64,000 nucleotides of DNA from Patescibacteria group bacterium (GCA_018895015.1 JAHIOX010000003.1:962-64961), one strand, 5' to 3'; shown: positions 19,476-30,036, numbered from the stretch's first letter. Notes: a model not told the origin generated them from the letters alone. Numbers and translations are program-made.

Positions 19476-20144
19476 TTAATGCTGTTTAATCAGCTCTGCG
19501 ATTTCGGACATTACTTTTTCCGCGCCCTCCTCCAAACTTATTTCTCCGAGCGAATAAATCGGCTTGCCGATTTTTACTTTCACTTTGTTTTTTCGCAAAA
19601 GAGTTTTTGTGGAAAGTATGCCAAAATTTCCGATAATTCCAACCGGAACGATCGACGCTTTTGTCTGCTGATGCAAAAATGCCACTCCTCTTTTTCCTTG
19701 GCGAAGCTTGCCGTCTTTTGTCATCCCGCCCTCCGGATAAATCCAAACATGCGCTCTATTATTCAATGCCTTTATTGTTTCTCCCAAGGCCTTTAACAAA
19801 TCGCCGTCCGCTTTATCTACAGGAATGGAGCCGTTTATGCGCACATATGTCGTCATTAATATTGAGAATGGAAATGAAAAACGATTCTTCCAATTAAAAA
19901 ACTCTCTTAACACCAAAAACCTTATTGGAAAAAATTCATGTGGATAAAAACTTTTCCTTGGCATTGCCGCGGCGCTAATCGGTCCGTCTATATAGCTCGC
20001 GTGATTTGACGCGAAAATAATAGATTTGTTTTCTAATCCGCGCAAATTTTCCTGGCCCTCAATTTCATAATGAACAAAAAACTTTAAAAATAAGTAAATT
20101 GGCCAATAAGTTATTGCCTGAAAAATTTTAGCAATTGATGCCAT
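19476..20144 (-). CDS. plsC: 1-acyl-sn-glycerol-3-phosphate acyltransferase
   Basis: NHASYIDG (HxxxxD) and PEGG motifs. Confidence 0.85.
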   Translation of the reverse strand: MASIAKIFQAITYWPIYLFLKFFVHYEIEGQENLRGLENKSIIFASNHASYIDGPISAAAMPRKSFYPHEFFPIRFLVLREFFNWKNRFSFPFSILMTTYVRINGSIPVDKADGDLLKALGETIKALNNRAHVWIYPEGGMTKDGKLRQGKRGVAFLHQQTKASIVPVGIIGNFGILSTKTLLRKNKVKVKIGKPIYSLGEISLEEGAEKVMSEIAELIKQH

Positions 20145-20164
20145 ATGCTTATTATAATTTTACT

Positions 20165-20386
20165 TTATTCATTAATTTGAATTGTTTTATGCCTGGAAGT
20201 ATGGCCGGAAATTATTTTAACGCCTGAAACCGGCGTATTGAAATAATCCGCGAGAACGCGAATAACAGCTTGATTTGCCATTCCTCTTATTGGCGGCTCT
20301 TTAACCCAAACCTCAAAATCAGATTCGCCGATTTTTTCAATTTTTTCTTCCTTAGCCCCGGGCTTTACTTTTACAAAAATTTTCAT
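20165..20386 (-). CDS. DUF167/YggU-family protein
   Basis: RGMANQAVIRVLADYF...VKIISGHTSRHK matches the YggU signature. Confidence 0.7.
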   Translation of the reverse strand: MKIFVKVKPGAKEEKIEKIGESDFEVWVKEPPIRGMANQAVIRVLADYFNTPVSGVKIISGHTSRHKTIQINE

Positions 20387-20467
20387 AAATTCATTTTACC
20401 ATATTATTTCCCAAGCAAAAAATCGGAAACTTGTTTTCCGATTTTTTGAGCGCAATCCTATTGATTT

Positions 20468-21478
20468 TTACAATAATAGGTCGTTCGCGAAAAGGTCGCT
20501 TATTACAGGAGTTTGCCTGATGCTTTTTTGTTTAGCGTAATCAAACGCCTCTTCAATAACCACGTCTCTGCCTTCCATTAAAATCAAATCTTTGTCGTGG
20601 TCATATTTATCCGCAAACCCTCTCAACATTCCCATGTCAACGAAATAATAACTGAACTGCCCGTTTTGCATTGACGCGTATTCATACGCCGTACCGGTTT
20701 CAGTAGTCGCCATATTTATTATTCTTCCAGTCACCATCAAATCGGTCATTCCTCCGGCAAGGCAAGAATCAAAAATAAAAACTATTCTTGAAGTTTTGAA
20801 TTCCGCGAAAGCGTCTCTTAATTCTCCGTCCCAAATCGAAACCAGATTAGTTCCGTCATGAGCCACAATTGATTCGTCTAAAAATTCCGTATCGCCATCT
20901 GCGGCATTGCCGCTCATTCCATGCCCGCTGAAAAAGAATACCACTTCATCATCAGGCCCTGCCACACCTTCAATTTCCTGAATAGCGCCAATGATATTCG
21001 CCCGCGTGGCGTTCACGGCCCCTTTCCCTTCCTCGTCAATAAAAGGATAGATATTGTCTGAATCAAATCCGTAAAGAGTCTTGAGCGCAGTAATCATATC
21101 TCTGGCGTCATCGTCTGCGTAATTAAGATCGTATGCCGTTCCAGGATAATCGGAAATCCCGACAATAATTGCGTAACGATTCCCGACGGAAGGTTCTCCT
21201 AAAATTCCTGTTGTTGCGAACCGGCCCGGCCGCGCGAGCTTAATTTTTTCTGCCGCGTTAAACTTCTTCGCGTCATTTATATCGTCTGATTTGCCAACAG
21301 TGGCTTTTTTGAATAATTTAATATTCTCGGCATGGACCGGCTTGTATCTGTCCGGCTTTGCCGGGCGCTCAAACGACGGCGCCGCAGGAAAAGCCGACGC
21401 TGTTCCTAAAAAAGCCAGATTCACGCCAAACGCCATTGCCGCAACCAATAAAACATTCAGTTTATTTTTTGTTGTCAT
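20468..21478 (-). CDS. secreted caspase-domain (peptidase C14) protein
   Basis: signal peptide; YAIIVGISDY, FFFSGHGM (His) and FIFDSCLAGG (Cys) catalytic dyad motifs. Confidence 0.7.
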   Translation of the reverse strand: MTTKNKLNVLLVAAMAFGVNLAFLGTASAFPAAPSFERPAKPDRYKPVHAENIKLFKKATVGKSDDINDAKKFNAAEKIKLARPGRFATTGILGEPSVGNRYAIIVGISDYPGTAYDLNYADDDARDMITALKTLYGFDSDNIYPFIDEEGKGAVNATRANIIGAIQEIEGVAGPDDEVVFFFSGHGMSGNAADGDTEFLDESIVAHDGTNLVSIWDGELRDAFAEFKTSRIVFIFDSCLAGGMTDLMVTGRIINMATTETGTAYEYASMQNGQFSYYFVDMGMLRGFADKYDHDKDLILMEGRDVVIEEAFDYAKQKSIRQTPVISDLFANDLLL

Positions 21479-21531
21479 ATTTTTTGTTTAATTTATTTTT
21501 TTGATAATTTTAATCGACCTCTAATTAAATT

Positions 21532-22032
21532 TTATCTCCTTGCTAAAAATAAGGCAATGAACGGAATTATCAGCCACCAGAAAAAAGCCGCGTTTGACGC
21601 GAATAAATTTTGTATCAGTGGCGAGAAAGTAAAAATTTCGCGCGCCGGAAAAAAATGAAAAATATAGCTAAGTAAAAGCCCGGCGCACGCGAAGCTTAGC
21701 AATAAAGATTTCCACCAATTTTTTCTTGCAGAACTATAGTCGCCTGACAATGATTTTGAAAAAAGAAATGTTAAAATAGCGGCAAGAACGACAAAGACAG
21801 CCGCTTTGATTAAAAATTCTTCAAACACGCCCCTTCCGCCTGCCAGCTTATTGAGGTAATAAAAATTTTCAAAAAGAAAACCTGAAACATAAAGAGAAAA
21901 TAAAAGAGAAACCAATTTTGACTTGCCTGCGAAAATTCCGTAAAAAAAACCCAGTGCGATAAAGACAAAAACAACTATAATGTCCCATGAAGGATTGCGC
22001 AACAGCGCGCTGATTTGATTAAAGTCCTTCAT
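21532..22032 (-). CDS. small polytopic membrane protein (CvpA-like architecture, tentative)
   Basis: 4 TM helices; weak family assignment. Confidence 0.3.
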   Translation of the reverse strand: MKDFNQISALLRNPSWDIIVVFVFIALGFFYGIFAGKSKLVSLLFSLYVSGFLFENFYYLNKLAGGRGVFEEFLIKAAVFVVLAAILTFLFSKSLSGDYSSARKNWWKSLLLSFACAGLLLSYIFHFFPAREIFTFSPLIQNLFASNAAFFWWLIIPFIALFLARR

Positions 22033-23125
22033 TTTTTAATTGCTCTATTAATTCTTTCGCCTTTTTGGATATTTTTTTAGGCGTTCTGACAAAAAGTTTT
22101 ATGATTAAATCCCCCCTCGTTGATTTCTGGTAAAAAGGCACCCCTTTCCCGCGGATTCTTAAAATTTCTCCGGGGTCAACGCCGGCGGGAATTTTAATTT
22201 TTATTACGCCGTCCAATGTTTTAATTTCTCTTTCGCACCCAAGAGCGGCCTCTGACATTTTTATATCCAAATCCATTATTAGATTTTCTCCTTCTCTTCG
22301 AAAAACAGAATGTTTTGCAACATGAATTTTAACATATAAATCACCGGCGATTCCGCTCGCGAGCGCTTCGCCCATGCCGATAATCTTAATCATTTCTCCG
22401 TTTTGAATTCCCGACGGTATTTTAACGATGACTTCCTCATTTTTCATCAGCACGCCGTCGCCTTTGCATGAAGAGCATTTTTTTTCAGGTATACTGCCTT
22501 TGCCGGAACATTTGCCGCATTCTTTATAGGTTGTGAAAACTCCGAAAAACGATTTTCTTGTTTCGTGGATTTTGCCGGCGCCTTGGCAGGCGGAGCATTT
22601 TTGCGTCGCGGAGCCGGGCTCCGCTCCAGATCCTTTGCATTTTTCGCACAAAGATGATTTTGTCAGAAGAACCCGGCGCTCCGCGCCGAAGATCGCTTCT
22701 TCAAAAGAAAGTTCTATGTCAATGGAAATATCACGTCCTCTTTTTGTTCGCGCTCCGCGTTGAGATTGTCCGCTAAAAAAGTTTTCAAAAATATCGTTAA
22801 TATCCCAGCCCGAGGCTGGTCCGCCTTGGGCGGAAAAATCGGCATTGCCCCAGCCAGAGGCGGAAAAACCGGAATTGCCAAAATCCCAGCCTGGCGTTGG
22901 CCCGCCGCCTCCCCCCCCTCCAAAAACTCTTCCATAAGCGTCGTATTCAGCCCTTCTTTTTTCGTCGGAAAGCACTTGATACGCTTCGCTTATTTCCTTA
23001 AATTTCTTGTCATCGCCCTTGGATTTATCCGGATGATATTTATGCGCGAGCTTGCGAAAAGCTTTTTTTATGTCTTCTTTTGTGGCGTTGCGCGCAATCC
23101 CTAAAATTTCATAATAATCATTCAT
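22019..23125 (-). CDS. dnaJ: chaperone DnaJ
   Basis: J-domain HPD, G/F-rich linker, four CxxCxGxG zinc-finger repeats. Confidence 0.95.
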   Translation of the reverse strand: MNDYYEILGIARNATKEDIKKAFRKLAHKYHPDKSKGDDKKFKEISEAYQVLSDEKRRAEYDAYGRVFGGGGGGGPTPGWDFGNSGFSASGWGNADFSAQGGPASGWDINDIFENFFSGQSQRGARTKRGRDISIDIELSFEEAIFGAERRVLLTKSSLCEKCKGSGAEPGSATQKCSACQGAGKIHETRKSFFGVFTTYKECGKCSGKGSIPEKKCSSCKGDGVLMKNEEVIVKIPSGIQNGEMIKIIGMGEALASGIAGDLYVKIHVAKHSVFRREGENLIMDLDIKMSEAALGCEREIKTLDGVIKIKIPAGVDPGEILRIRGKGVPFYQKSTRGDLIIKLFVRTPKKISKKAKELIEQLKNEGL

Positions 23126-23148
23126 AGTATTTCTTTTTTTATTTTATA

Positions 23149-24237
23149 TCATTTTACTATAACTTCATAGACTTTCTTTTCTCCAGTCGGCAATTCATAT
23201 TCTAATTGTGTGTCAGAAAGCCACTTAGGTTTAAACCAAAAAAGCGGCTCATCCGTTGTCTCTACAAGCGTTTTTTCTTTAGTAAAAAGATTGTAAAGAT
23301 AAAGCTGGGATTTTTTTCCTTCTTTTTTGTATTGTTTTTTTAAATCTTCAGTTAATTGGTAATCTCCAGTCCAAACTTGCCCGGGTTGAACTGGAAGATA
23401 ACCGGTGTTGATATTTAAAGGAGAGCCGCCCATGGCGCCGTCCGGCGCTTTATAAATATCGGTTTTCCAGTTTTGAGTGTCTATCCTGAAATATCCGTTT
23501 ACATAAGCGCCGTCCGAAACGCTTCCCCAAAAATATTGTCCGTCTTCAGACCATTCAAGCATATCAAAAACGCCGATAAAATTTGAGTTCATTCTTTGCA
23601 ATTCTTTGGATGGCAATGTAAAAATATCCTCTTTGGTATTAAGATTTTTGATTACCAATGAATAATCGTCTTTGCCAGAGTAGCCTTTTTCAAGAACTAT
23701 GTATGATTCGGCAGGAGAGACACGGAAATCGGGAGAATAGTAAGATATAAATTCTTTTGGTTTTTCAGCAAGCAAAATTAAAGGTTCGCCTCTACCATTA
23801 TAGTTGTAAATCCATAATTCATTTTTATATCCAGGCTCTTGTTTTGTTTTCTTGGGGTCATAATTAAATGTCCTTATCACATATACGCCACATTGATGGA
23901 TTTCTACAGGATGATAATGCGAAGGACTAATTATATTATTTATTTTAAATCTTATAATTTCTTTATCGCTGGATAATTCTTTGACAACAACCTCAACAAA
24001 TCCCTTATCATATTCAACGCTGGGATATTCGCCTAAATGATTTATTTTAAACTCAGCTTGTTCATCTTCGCTTAAGCAAAAAAGGTATCCTGTTTTATTT
24101 TTTTGATTTGTAATAAACTTAGGAAGTATTATTTTCTCTTTTATAAAAGCATATATGCCGCCTCCTAATATTGTTAATATTATTATAAAAATAATTGTTA
24201 TTTTTTTTATTATCATGTTTTTTAAAAAATAAACCAC
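23149..24237 (-). CDS. membrane-anchored beta-rich (propeller-like) hypothetical protein
   Basis: N-terminal TM, W/Y/G-rich repeats; lies between dnaK and dnaJ. Confidence 0.4.
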   Translation of the reverse strand: MVYFLKNMIIKKITIIFIIILTILGGGIYAFIKEKIILPKFITNQKNKTGYLFCLSEDEQAEFKINHLGEYPSVEYDKGFVEVVVKELSSDKEIIRFKINNIISPSHYHPVEIHQCGVYVIRTFNYDPKKTKQEPGYKNELWIYNYNGRGEPLILLAEKPKEFISYYSPDFRVSPAESYIVLEKGYSGKDDYSLVIKNLNTKEDIFTLPSKELQRMNSNFIGVFDMLEWSEDGQYFWGSVSDGAYVNGYFRIDTQNWKTDIYKAPDGAMGGSPLNINTGYLPVQPGQVWTGDYQLTEDLKKQYKKEGKKSQLYLYNLFTKEKTLVETTDEPLFWFKPKWLSDTQLEYELPTGEKKVYEVIVK

Positions 24238-26138
24238 AAAACTCCTGATTCCGTAATCAGTTTAATTATTTTAATTCCGGGGAAAATTTGCCTTTGTTCC
24301 TCTTTATTCAGAAATTTGATTTTTATTTCCGTTTCATTTTTCTTATGATTATACTTCGCCTTAACATCAAAAAGGTCTTCAACTTTTATCCTCTGATTAA
24401 GTTCTTTAACTGCTCCGTCTTTATTTAACGACCATTCATATTTAAGCTCAGTTTTAGGCAAACTGATAATCTCGCTGTTATTGTATTGAATGCCCTTTAA
24501 TTCAGCTTTGATTTCTTTGCCTTTTTGTTTTATTTCGTCAAAATAAAACTTTGTTATGTTCTCTGCCTCGTCTTGAATTTTATAAATTGTTTGTTTGTCT
24601 CCATCCTCAATAACAGAAACAATCGGATTTACTGTGGTATTATCTATGCCCTTAACCTCTAATTTTTGAGTGCTTGGATTAAAGTAAATTTTTGCTTCCG
24701 GAGGAATTTCGTCTATTAACTCAACAATATTACTTGCCGAATTCGAGGAATTAAAAGAAAGATTATAATTGGCTGTATAGCCAACGGCAATTTCTGATTG
24801 AAATGATTTATTATTTACATTGCCTTGAGTGTCGTAAAAATTGGCGTCAAGCGAATAATCACCTTCTCCCGTGCCGATTACTTCTAATTTGTATTCTCCG
24901 TCTTGCGGTTCCAATATTTGGATAAATTTATTTCTTTCTTGAGCTGGCGGATTTTCTCCTGTCGGGTCGTCAAAGCCGTCTTCAAAATACCAAGCATTTG
25001 GTATTTCACTATATTCAATGCCATTTACGTCTTTCCCGAGTTTTCTACCTAACGGGTCTGTGATCAAAAGTTCCGCTGGCGAACCCAAAACAATAGTCAT
25101 GGCGCTTTGAGCGATACCGTTTCCTTTTTTGTAGATTCTTAATCCGTCAAATCCATTTTCGTATCCTCTAATATGATTATTGATGTCTGTTGTTTCATCA
25201 AGCGTTTTAGTGTTATACCAAGCCGGGTCTTTTACACCGTAAGTTGAGGCGAGTTTATTGTCAATAACGAAAAAATGCTGGCGGTTAATGCCGCCCCTGC
25301 CAGCATTTGCTTTTGCGATTACGGGGTTGTTTTGATTAAGGTATTGATCTAATAACGTATAATTATCAGTGTTTTTATCGGTTTTCGCGTATGCGATTCT
25401 CCAATCAGCATATCGCGCTCCGGCTATCCAGTTTACATTGCCGTTAATATATCCTCCGGGTTCGTTTTTGAGCCAATTATTTATTTCAAACGGATTAACG
25501 TCTTGTCCTTGAGCTTCGGTAATATCATAATATCTGGCAACCATTACGATTGAGGTGATAGCGCAGCCACATTGACGAATGTAATAACCGCATTCTGATT
25601 GCCCATCAACATATTTCTCGTTAGTCCATTTTAATGTCTCTTCCTCCGATGGGTAATCCGATATTACCTGCGTGTACAGCGGAACTCCTATTGATTCCAC
25701 CACATCAAACTCAATAATTCCCCAGTGTTCAGGGGAATTGCCGGTACCGGTTTCAAACCAGTTTACTATTTGAGAAATATCAGTATTGGGGCCAACTTCA
25801 TGTATGACAACAAAATAATGGCCGTAAGCCGGCCAAAAATCATTTTGGCCGGAAATACTTCCGCCATAGCCCAAATAATGACCAGCGATATTAACAGAAT
25901 TATGCGGAGCGCCTCTGTATATTTCGCCATAAGCATTTCCGCCCGGCCATTGATAAGAACCACCGCCGGCAGTATTTAATGGAAAAACATATTGGCCGCC
26001 ATTATTAACAGTTGTTCCGTCCCAGCTGAAGCTGATATTCCAATCGGGAGTGACGCCTGCAAAAACATACTTATTTGGCGCAAAGAGATAAAAAAAAATA
26101 ACAAGAAATGAGAAAATAATTAATTTATTTATTTTCAT
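24222..26138 (-). CDS. secreted protein with peptidase C39-like domain
   Basis: signal peptide; Q...CGCAITSIVMVARYY (Cys) ... HFFVID (His) arrangement of C39_2-type domains. Confidence 0.5.
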   Translation of the reverse strand: MKINKLIIFSFLVIFFYLFAPNKYVFAGVTPDWNISFSWDGTTVNNGGQYVFPLNTAGGGSYQWPGGNAYGEIYRGAPHNSVNIAGHYLGYGGSISGQNDFWPAYGHYFVVIHEVGPNTDISQIVNWFETGTGNSPEHWGIIEFDVVESIGVPLYTQVISDYPSEEETLKWTNEKYVDGQSECGYYIRQCGCAITSIVMVARYYDITEAQGQDVNPFEINNWLKNEPGGYINGNVNWIAGARYADWRIAYAKTDKNTDNYTLLDQYLNQNNPVIAKANAGRGGINRQHFFVIDNKLASTYGVKDPAWYNTKTLDETTDINNHIRGYENGFDGLRIYKKGNGIAQSAMTIVLGSPAELLITDPLGRKLGKDVNGIEYSEIPNAWYFEDGFDDPTGENPPAQERNKFIQILEPQDGEYKLEVIGTGEGDYSLDANFYDTQGNVNNKSFQSEIAVGYTANYNLSFNSSNSASNIVELIDEIPPEAKIYFNPSTQKLEVKGIDNTTVNPIVSVIEDGDKQTIYKIQDEAENITKFYFDEIKQKGKEIKAELKGIQYNNSEIISLPKTELKYEWSLNKDGAVKELNQRIKVEDLFDVKAKYNHKKNETEIKIKFLNKEEQRQIFPGIKIIKLITESGVLWFIF

Positions 26139-26143
26139 TTTAT

Positions 26144-28033
26144 TTATTCATTTTTTTCTTCAAACTCTGTGTCGCGCGGCTGATTTTGCGCGTCGTCTTT
26201 TTTCCCCTGCGGCTCTTGTTGCGCGCCAGCCGCGTTTTTATACATTAATTCTCCTATTTGCTGAAGCGTTTTTGACAAATCTTCCGAAGCTTTTTTAATT
26301 TCAGAAATGTCATTTCCATCTTTTATTTTTTTTAAGGCCTCTATTTTTTCTTCAACATTTTTTTTAATGTCTGCCGGCGCTTTGTCGCCCGCATCTCTTA
26401 AAGATTTTTCCGCCGCGTAAATAAGAGTGTCAGCGACGTTTCTGGTTTCTGTTACTTCTCTCTTTTTTATGTCTTCATCCGCGTGCGCCTCGGCATCTCT
26501 TTTCATTTTTTCAATTTCATCCGAAGATAACCCGGAAGAAGCCTCAATTCGTATTGACTGCTCCTTATTCGTGGCTTTGTCTTTTGCTTTTACGTTTAGA
26601 ATGCCGTTCACATCAATGTCAAAAATAACCTCTATTTGCGGAATGCCTCTTGGCGATGGCGGGATTCCGTCAAGAATAAATCTGCCCAAAGTTTTATTGT
26701 CGGCGGCCATTTCTCTTTCGCCTTGCAATATATGAATTTCTACCGACGTTTGGTTATCGGCGGCTGTTGAAAATACTTGGCTTTTGCCTGTCGGTATTGT
26801 TGTGTTTTTGCTGATAATTTTTGTGCAAATTCCGCCCATTGTTTCAATCCCGAGCGATAACGGTATTACGTCAAGCAAAAGAACATCTTTAATTTCCCCT
26901 GCCATTATTCCGCCTTGCACTGCCGCGCCAATGGCGACAACTTCGTCCGGATTTATGGATTTATTCGGCTCTTTGCCAAACAAATCCTTAACGGCTTTTT
27001 GAATAGCCGGCATTCTTGTCTGTCCGCCGACTAAAATAACTTCGTCAATATCTTCTATTTTAAATCCGGATTCGCCTATCGCGCGCTTGGTTATTTCTAT
27101 TGATTTTTTTACGCATTCGTCAACCAATTCTTCCAATCTGGCCCTTGTCAATTTAAGCAAAAGATGCCTTGGCCCGGTGGCGTCTGATGTTATAAAAGGA
27201 ATATTAATTTCTGTTTCAAGCGTGCTTGAAAGCTCGTGCTTCGCTTTTTCAGCGGCGTCTTTCAGCCTTTGCAGAGCCAAAAAATCTTTGGAGATGTCGA
27301 CTCCGCTTTCTTTTTTGAATTCTGACGCAATCCAGCTTATAATTCTTTGGTCAAAATCATCGCCTCCGAGATTGGTGTTGCCATCAGTGGATTTTACTTC
27401 AATAACATCGTCTCCAACCTCAAGAACCGACACATCAAAAGTGCCTCCGCCAAAATCATAAACCACAATTTGTTCGTTTTTTCTTTTGTTAAATCCGTAG
27501 GCCAGCGCGGCCGCGGTTGGCTCGTTGATAATTCTGCGTACTTTAAATCCGGCAATTTCACCAGCGTCTTTTGTCGCTTTTCTTTGGCTGTCGTTAAAAT
27601 ACGCCGGAACAGTGATAATCGCTTCCTCTATTTTTTCGCCTATTTTTGACTCGGCGTCGTGTTTTAATTTTTGAAGAATCATCGCGGAGATTTCTTCCGG
27701 CCTGTAGCTTTTGCCTCCCATTTTAATTTTTACTCCTCCCTCGGCCGATTTTTCTATGCCGTAAGAAAGCAATTCTTTGTCTCGCTTTACTTCTTCGTCT
27801 TCAAAATTGCGGCCGATTAATCTTTTTACGGAAAAAATTGTGTTTTCAGGGTTAGTAACAGCCTGCCTTTTTGCCAAAAGGCCGCTTATTCTTTCGCCTT
27901 GTTTTGAAACGGCAATTATGGAAGGAGTGGTTCTTGTTCCTTCTTCGTTTTCTATTATCTTCGGCTCGCCTCCCTTAATAATCGCCATTGCCGAATTAGT
28001 TGTTCCTAAATCAATTCCTAATATTTTTGTCAT
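26144..28033 (-). CDS. dnaK: chaperone DnaK (Hsp70)
   Basis: [16 protein letters not shown], full-length Hsp70. Confidence 0.97.
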   Translation of the reverse strand: MTKILGIDLGTTNSAMAIIKGGEPKIIENEEGTRTTPSIIAVSKQGERISGLLAKRQAVTNPENTIFSVKRLIGRNFEDEEVKRDKELLSYGIEKSAEGGVKIKMGGKSYRPEEISAMILQKLKHDAESKIGEKIEEAIITVPAYFNDSQRKATKDAGEIAGFKVRRIINEPTAAALAYGFNKRKNEQIVVYDFGGGTFDVSVLEVGDDVIEVKSTDGNTNLGGDDFDQRIISWIASEFKKESGVDISKDFLALQRLKDAAEKAKHELSSTLETEINIPFITSDATGPRHLLLKLTRARLEELVDECVKKSIEITKRAIGESGFKIEDIDEVILVGGQTRMPAIQKAVKDLFGKEPNKSINPDEVVAIGAAVQGGIMAGEIKDVLLLDVIPLSLGIETMGGICTKIISKNTTIPTGKSQVFSTAADNQTSVEIHILQGEREMAADNKTLGRFILDGIPPSPRGIPQIEVIFDIDVNGILNVKAKDKATNKEQSIRIEASSGLSSDEIEKMKRDAEAHADEDIKKREVTETRNVADTLIYAAEKSLRDAGDKAPADIKKNVEEKIEALKKIKDGNDISEIKKASEDLSKTLQQIGELMYKNAAGAQQEPQGKKDDAQNQPRDTEFEEKNE

Positions 28034-28067
28034 ATTGTTTAATTTAATTTTAATTACTTATTGCCCG

Positions 28068-28616
28068 TTACTCGTTACGCATTACTGCTTTTCCGACTTT
28101 TACTTGCGCCGGCCTCAAAATTTTTTTATGCATTACATAGCCCTTTTGCGTTTCTTCAATTATGATACCATCTTTTTCTGGCTTATCAACTTCAATTTCT
28201 TCAACAGATTCATGTTCTTCCGGATTAAATGGCTCGCCTCGGGTTTTAATCTGTTCAACCCCGCGGGTTTGTAAAATATTCATAATTTGGCTGTAAATAT
28301 TTTTAATTCCGGATTGCCAATTTTTATCTAATTTTTGCCATTCGTCCGCGTTGCCTAACAGCCTGTCAAAACTGTCAATAAAAACAAGCATTTCTTTTAT
28401 CAGATTTTTTTCCGCGAACCTTAAAAAAACTTTTCGATTTTCCTCTTCTTCTCTTCTGGCATTGACAAAATCCGCCCGCGTTCTCTGCCAACCGGATAAA
28501 TATTCAGCTTTTTCTTCCTCGCATTTTTTGAGTTTTTCGCGCAGTTTTTTGACGAGTTCTTGAGGGCCTGTATTTTCTTCTTCAATAACAATATCTTCTT
28601 CATTTCCCATTTCCAT
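28068..28616 (-). CDS. grpE: nucleotide exchange factor GrpE
   Basis: coiled-coil N-terminus and GrpE C-terminal beta domain (GYVMHKKILRPAQV). Confidence 0.9.
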   Translation of the reverse strand: MEMGNEEDIVIEEENTGPQELVKKLREKLKKCEEEKAEYLSGWQRTRADFVNARREEEENRKVFLRFAEKNLIKEMLVFIDSFDRLLGNADEWQKLDKNWQSGIKNIYSQIMNILQTRGVEQIKTRGEPFNPEEHESVEEIEVDKPEKDGIIIEETQKGYVMHKKILRPAQVKVGKAVMRNE

Positions 28617-28624
28617 TATTTATA

Positions 28625-28652
28625 ATTATAACAACTTTAAAAATTATTGCAA
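28625..28652 (-). promoter_or_regulatory. candidate sigma70 promoter for grpE (TTGCAA-16-TGtTATAAT, 8 nt to ATG; leaderless)
   Basis: hexamers and extended -10 seen directly. Confidence 0.4.
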
Positions 28653-28663
28653 GAGTTTTTTTG

Positions 28664-28886
28664 TAAAATAAATGCCCCCTTACGTCACAACGTAAGGGGG
28701 CGAAAGCAAGGATTTTTCCCGCGCTATTCTGACTTAACCGTTTCAAAAAGTTAGCCTATTGGTTCTACCCAATAGCTGGAAACTAGCTAGAAACGGTTCG
28801 GTCAGGTAACGCCCTATCTCTTTCTTGCTTTTTCCCCACCTTGCCGAAAAAGGGGAACAAAAGCAGATAGGAAGGGACTTTTTTTA
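28664..28886. ncRNA. highly structured non-coding region (three long hairpins; terminator-like ends on both strands), strand and identity undetermined
   Basis: no ORF; CCCCCTTACG-TCACAA-CGTAAGGGGG hairpin, about 110-nt hairpin CCTGACCGAACCGTTTC...GAAACGGTTAAGTCAG, GC hairpin + T7 at 28811-28885. Confidence 0.3.
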
Positions 28887-28921
28887 ATTCTAAAATAAGT
28901 CTAGCATATTCATCGGAAATG

Positions 28922-29122
28922 TCAAGTTCTTTTTACTGGATGGTAAAATATAGCCACCGTGCAGTTGAGAAAATCCCTCCCTGCTATGTTGGTCCCGAAA
29001 ACATTACTGACGTGACGGCTAACGATTACTACTGGGTTTTTCTCGAGCCACTTGTTTATCTCTTCCTCTAATTCATCGAATTCGTTTGCTACGCACCGTG
29101 TGAAGATTTTGACCTTTTCCAT
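28922..29122 (-). CDS. small hypothetical protein (66 aa)
   Basis: GGAGGAAAAAGCA-ATG SD. Confidence 0.5.
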   Translation of the reverse strand: MEKVKIFTRCVANEFDELEEEINKWLEKNPVVIVSRHVSNVFGTNIAGRDFLNCTVAIFYHPVKRT

Positions 29123-29261
29123 TGCTTTTTCCTCCGGTTTTTTTATTTTATTTTTTCAAAGTTCCACTTCCCTTAAATTAATCTGGTGTCAGACAAACTT
29201 AAGGGAAATGAGAAGCATTTTGTTATTAGGTAGCTTCTCTTTAACCTTTACGATATCTATT

Positions 29262-29579
29262 TTATTCGCCTCCTTTCTTTTGCAGCCACTCGTCTACAAG
29301 TTTTTTGTCCCCTCTTTCCAATATCAGCTCCGGTTTGTCGTGAGCATATTTATGCACTAACGAGATATAATCCGGTTTATATTTGCTGATTATGGAAGCG
29401 ACGACCTTTCTTGCCTTTCGGCGGCTACAATCCTTGATTACTCTTGTATATCTTTTTAGCTCCGAGCCGCGTTTTGCAAATGACAGTATAAACGCGAAAT
29501 CAAAGCACTCCTTGCGCTGCGATTCCGGTTTGGCAATGCCAGGGTTCGCAGCCACACGTTTACCAAGGATCTTATACAT
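29262..29579 (-). CDS. basic hypothetical protein (105 aa)
   Basis: AAAAGGAGA SD before ATG. Confidence 0.45.
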   Translation of the reverse strand: MYKILGKRVAANPGIAKPESQRKECFDFAFILSFAKRGSELKRYTRVIKDCSRRKARKVVASIISKYKPDYISLVHKYAHDKPELILERGDKKLVDEWLQKKGGE

Positions 29580-29740
29580 TCCATTCTCCTTTTCAGGTTC
29601 GATTTGTATTTTTTAATTCTGACATAAGTTTAGCACACCCGCTGAAAATGTCAATAGCGCGATTTACGCGCTTGCAATTCAATCAAAAAAAAGTATAATG
29701 GCCAAAGAAAGCGTTAAAAAATGCGATGGGAGGGTTAATT

Positions 29741-29932
29741 ATGGCAAGCGATGTCTTTATTTCAGATGACCCGGTTATCTCCGGCAAATTAACAAAACTT
29801 GGGTATTCGTTTTCCACGGCTGTCGCCCATGGCAATAGAGATCTTGCTAATGCCATTCTAGTAGAGGCCGAAAAAATCAAAAGAAAATACAGGATAGAAA
29901 AATCTAAGTTAAAATTAGTAAAAAAACCATAA
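29741..29932 (+). CDS. small hypothetical protein (63 aa from ATG with GGGAGGG SD)
   Basis: SD-ATG spacing; track ORF 29726 starts 5 codons earlier. Confidence 0.45.
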   Translation: MASDVFISDDPVISGKLTKLGYSFSTAVAHGNRDLANAILVEAEKIKRKYRIEKSKLKLVKKP

Positions 29933-29946
29933 AGGAGGTGAAGGCC

Positions 29947-30030
29947 ATGCTTAAATTTCCCGCAAGGAAAAACAGGTTGCGACTCATTGGCACAACGGCA
30001 ATGAATTGCGGCAGCGACTCTGGTTGCTGA
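29947..30030 (+). CDS. 27-aa peptide MLKFPARKNRLRLIGTTAMNCGSDSGC
   Basis: perfect AAAGGAGGTGAAGG SD 6 nt upstream; terminator follows. Confidence 0.3.
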   Translation: MLKFPARKNRLRLIGTTAMNCGSDSGC

Positions 30031-30036
30031 CTTTGG

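Noticed and set aside
1849-27649. Numerous antisense or internal ORFs in the track (for example 1849-2259, 2851-3087, 10152-10502, 26427-26735, 27087-27461)
   Set aside because: They are embedded opposite or inside high-confidence conserved genes, lack RBSs, and have biased, low-complexity composition.
28664-28886. tmRNA, SRP RNA or CIRCE/HrcA operator as identities for the structured region
   Set aside because: No tRNA-like T-loop (GGTTCGA.TCC), no SRP helix-8 GGAAGCAGC-type motif with the expected compact geometry, and the inverted repeat has 6-nt not 9-nt spacing and different arms from CIRCE.
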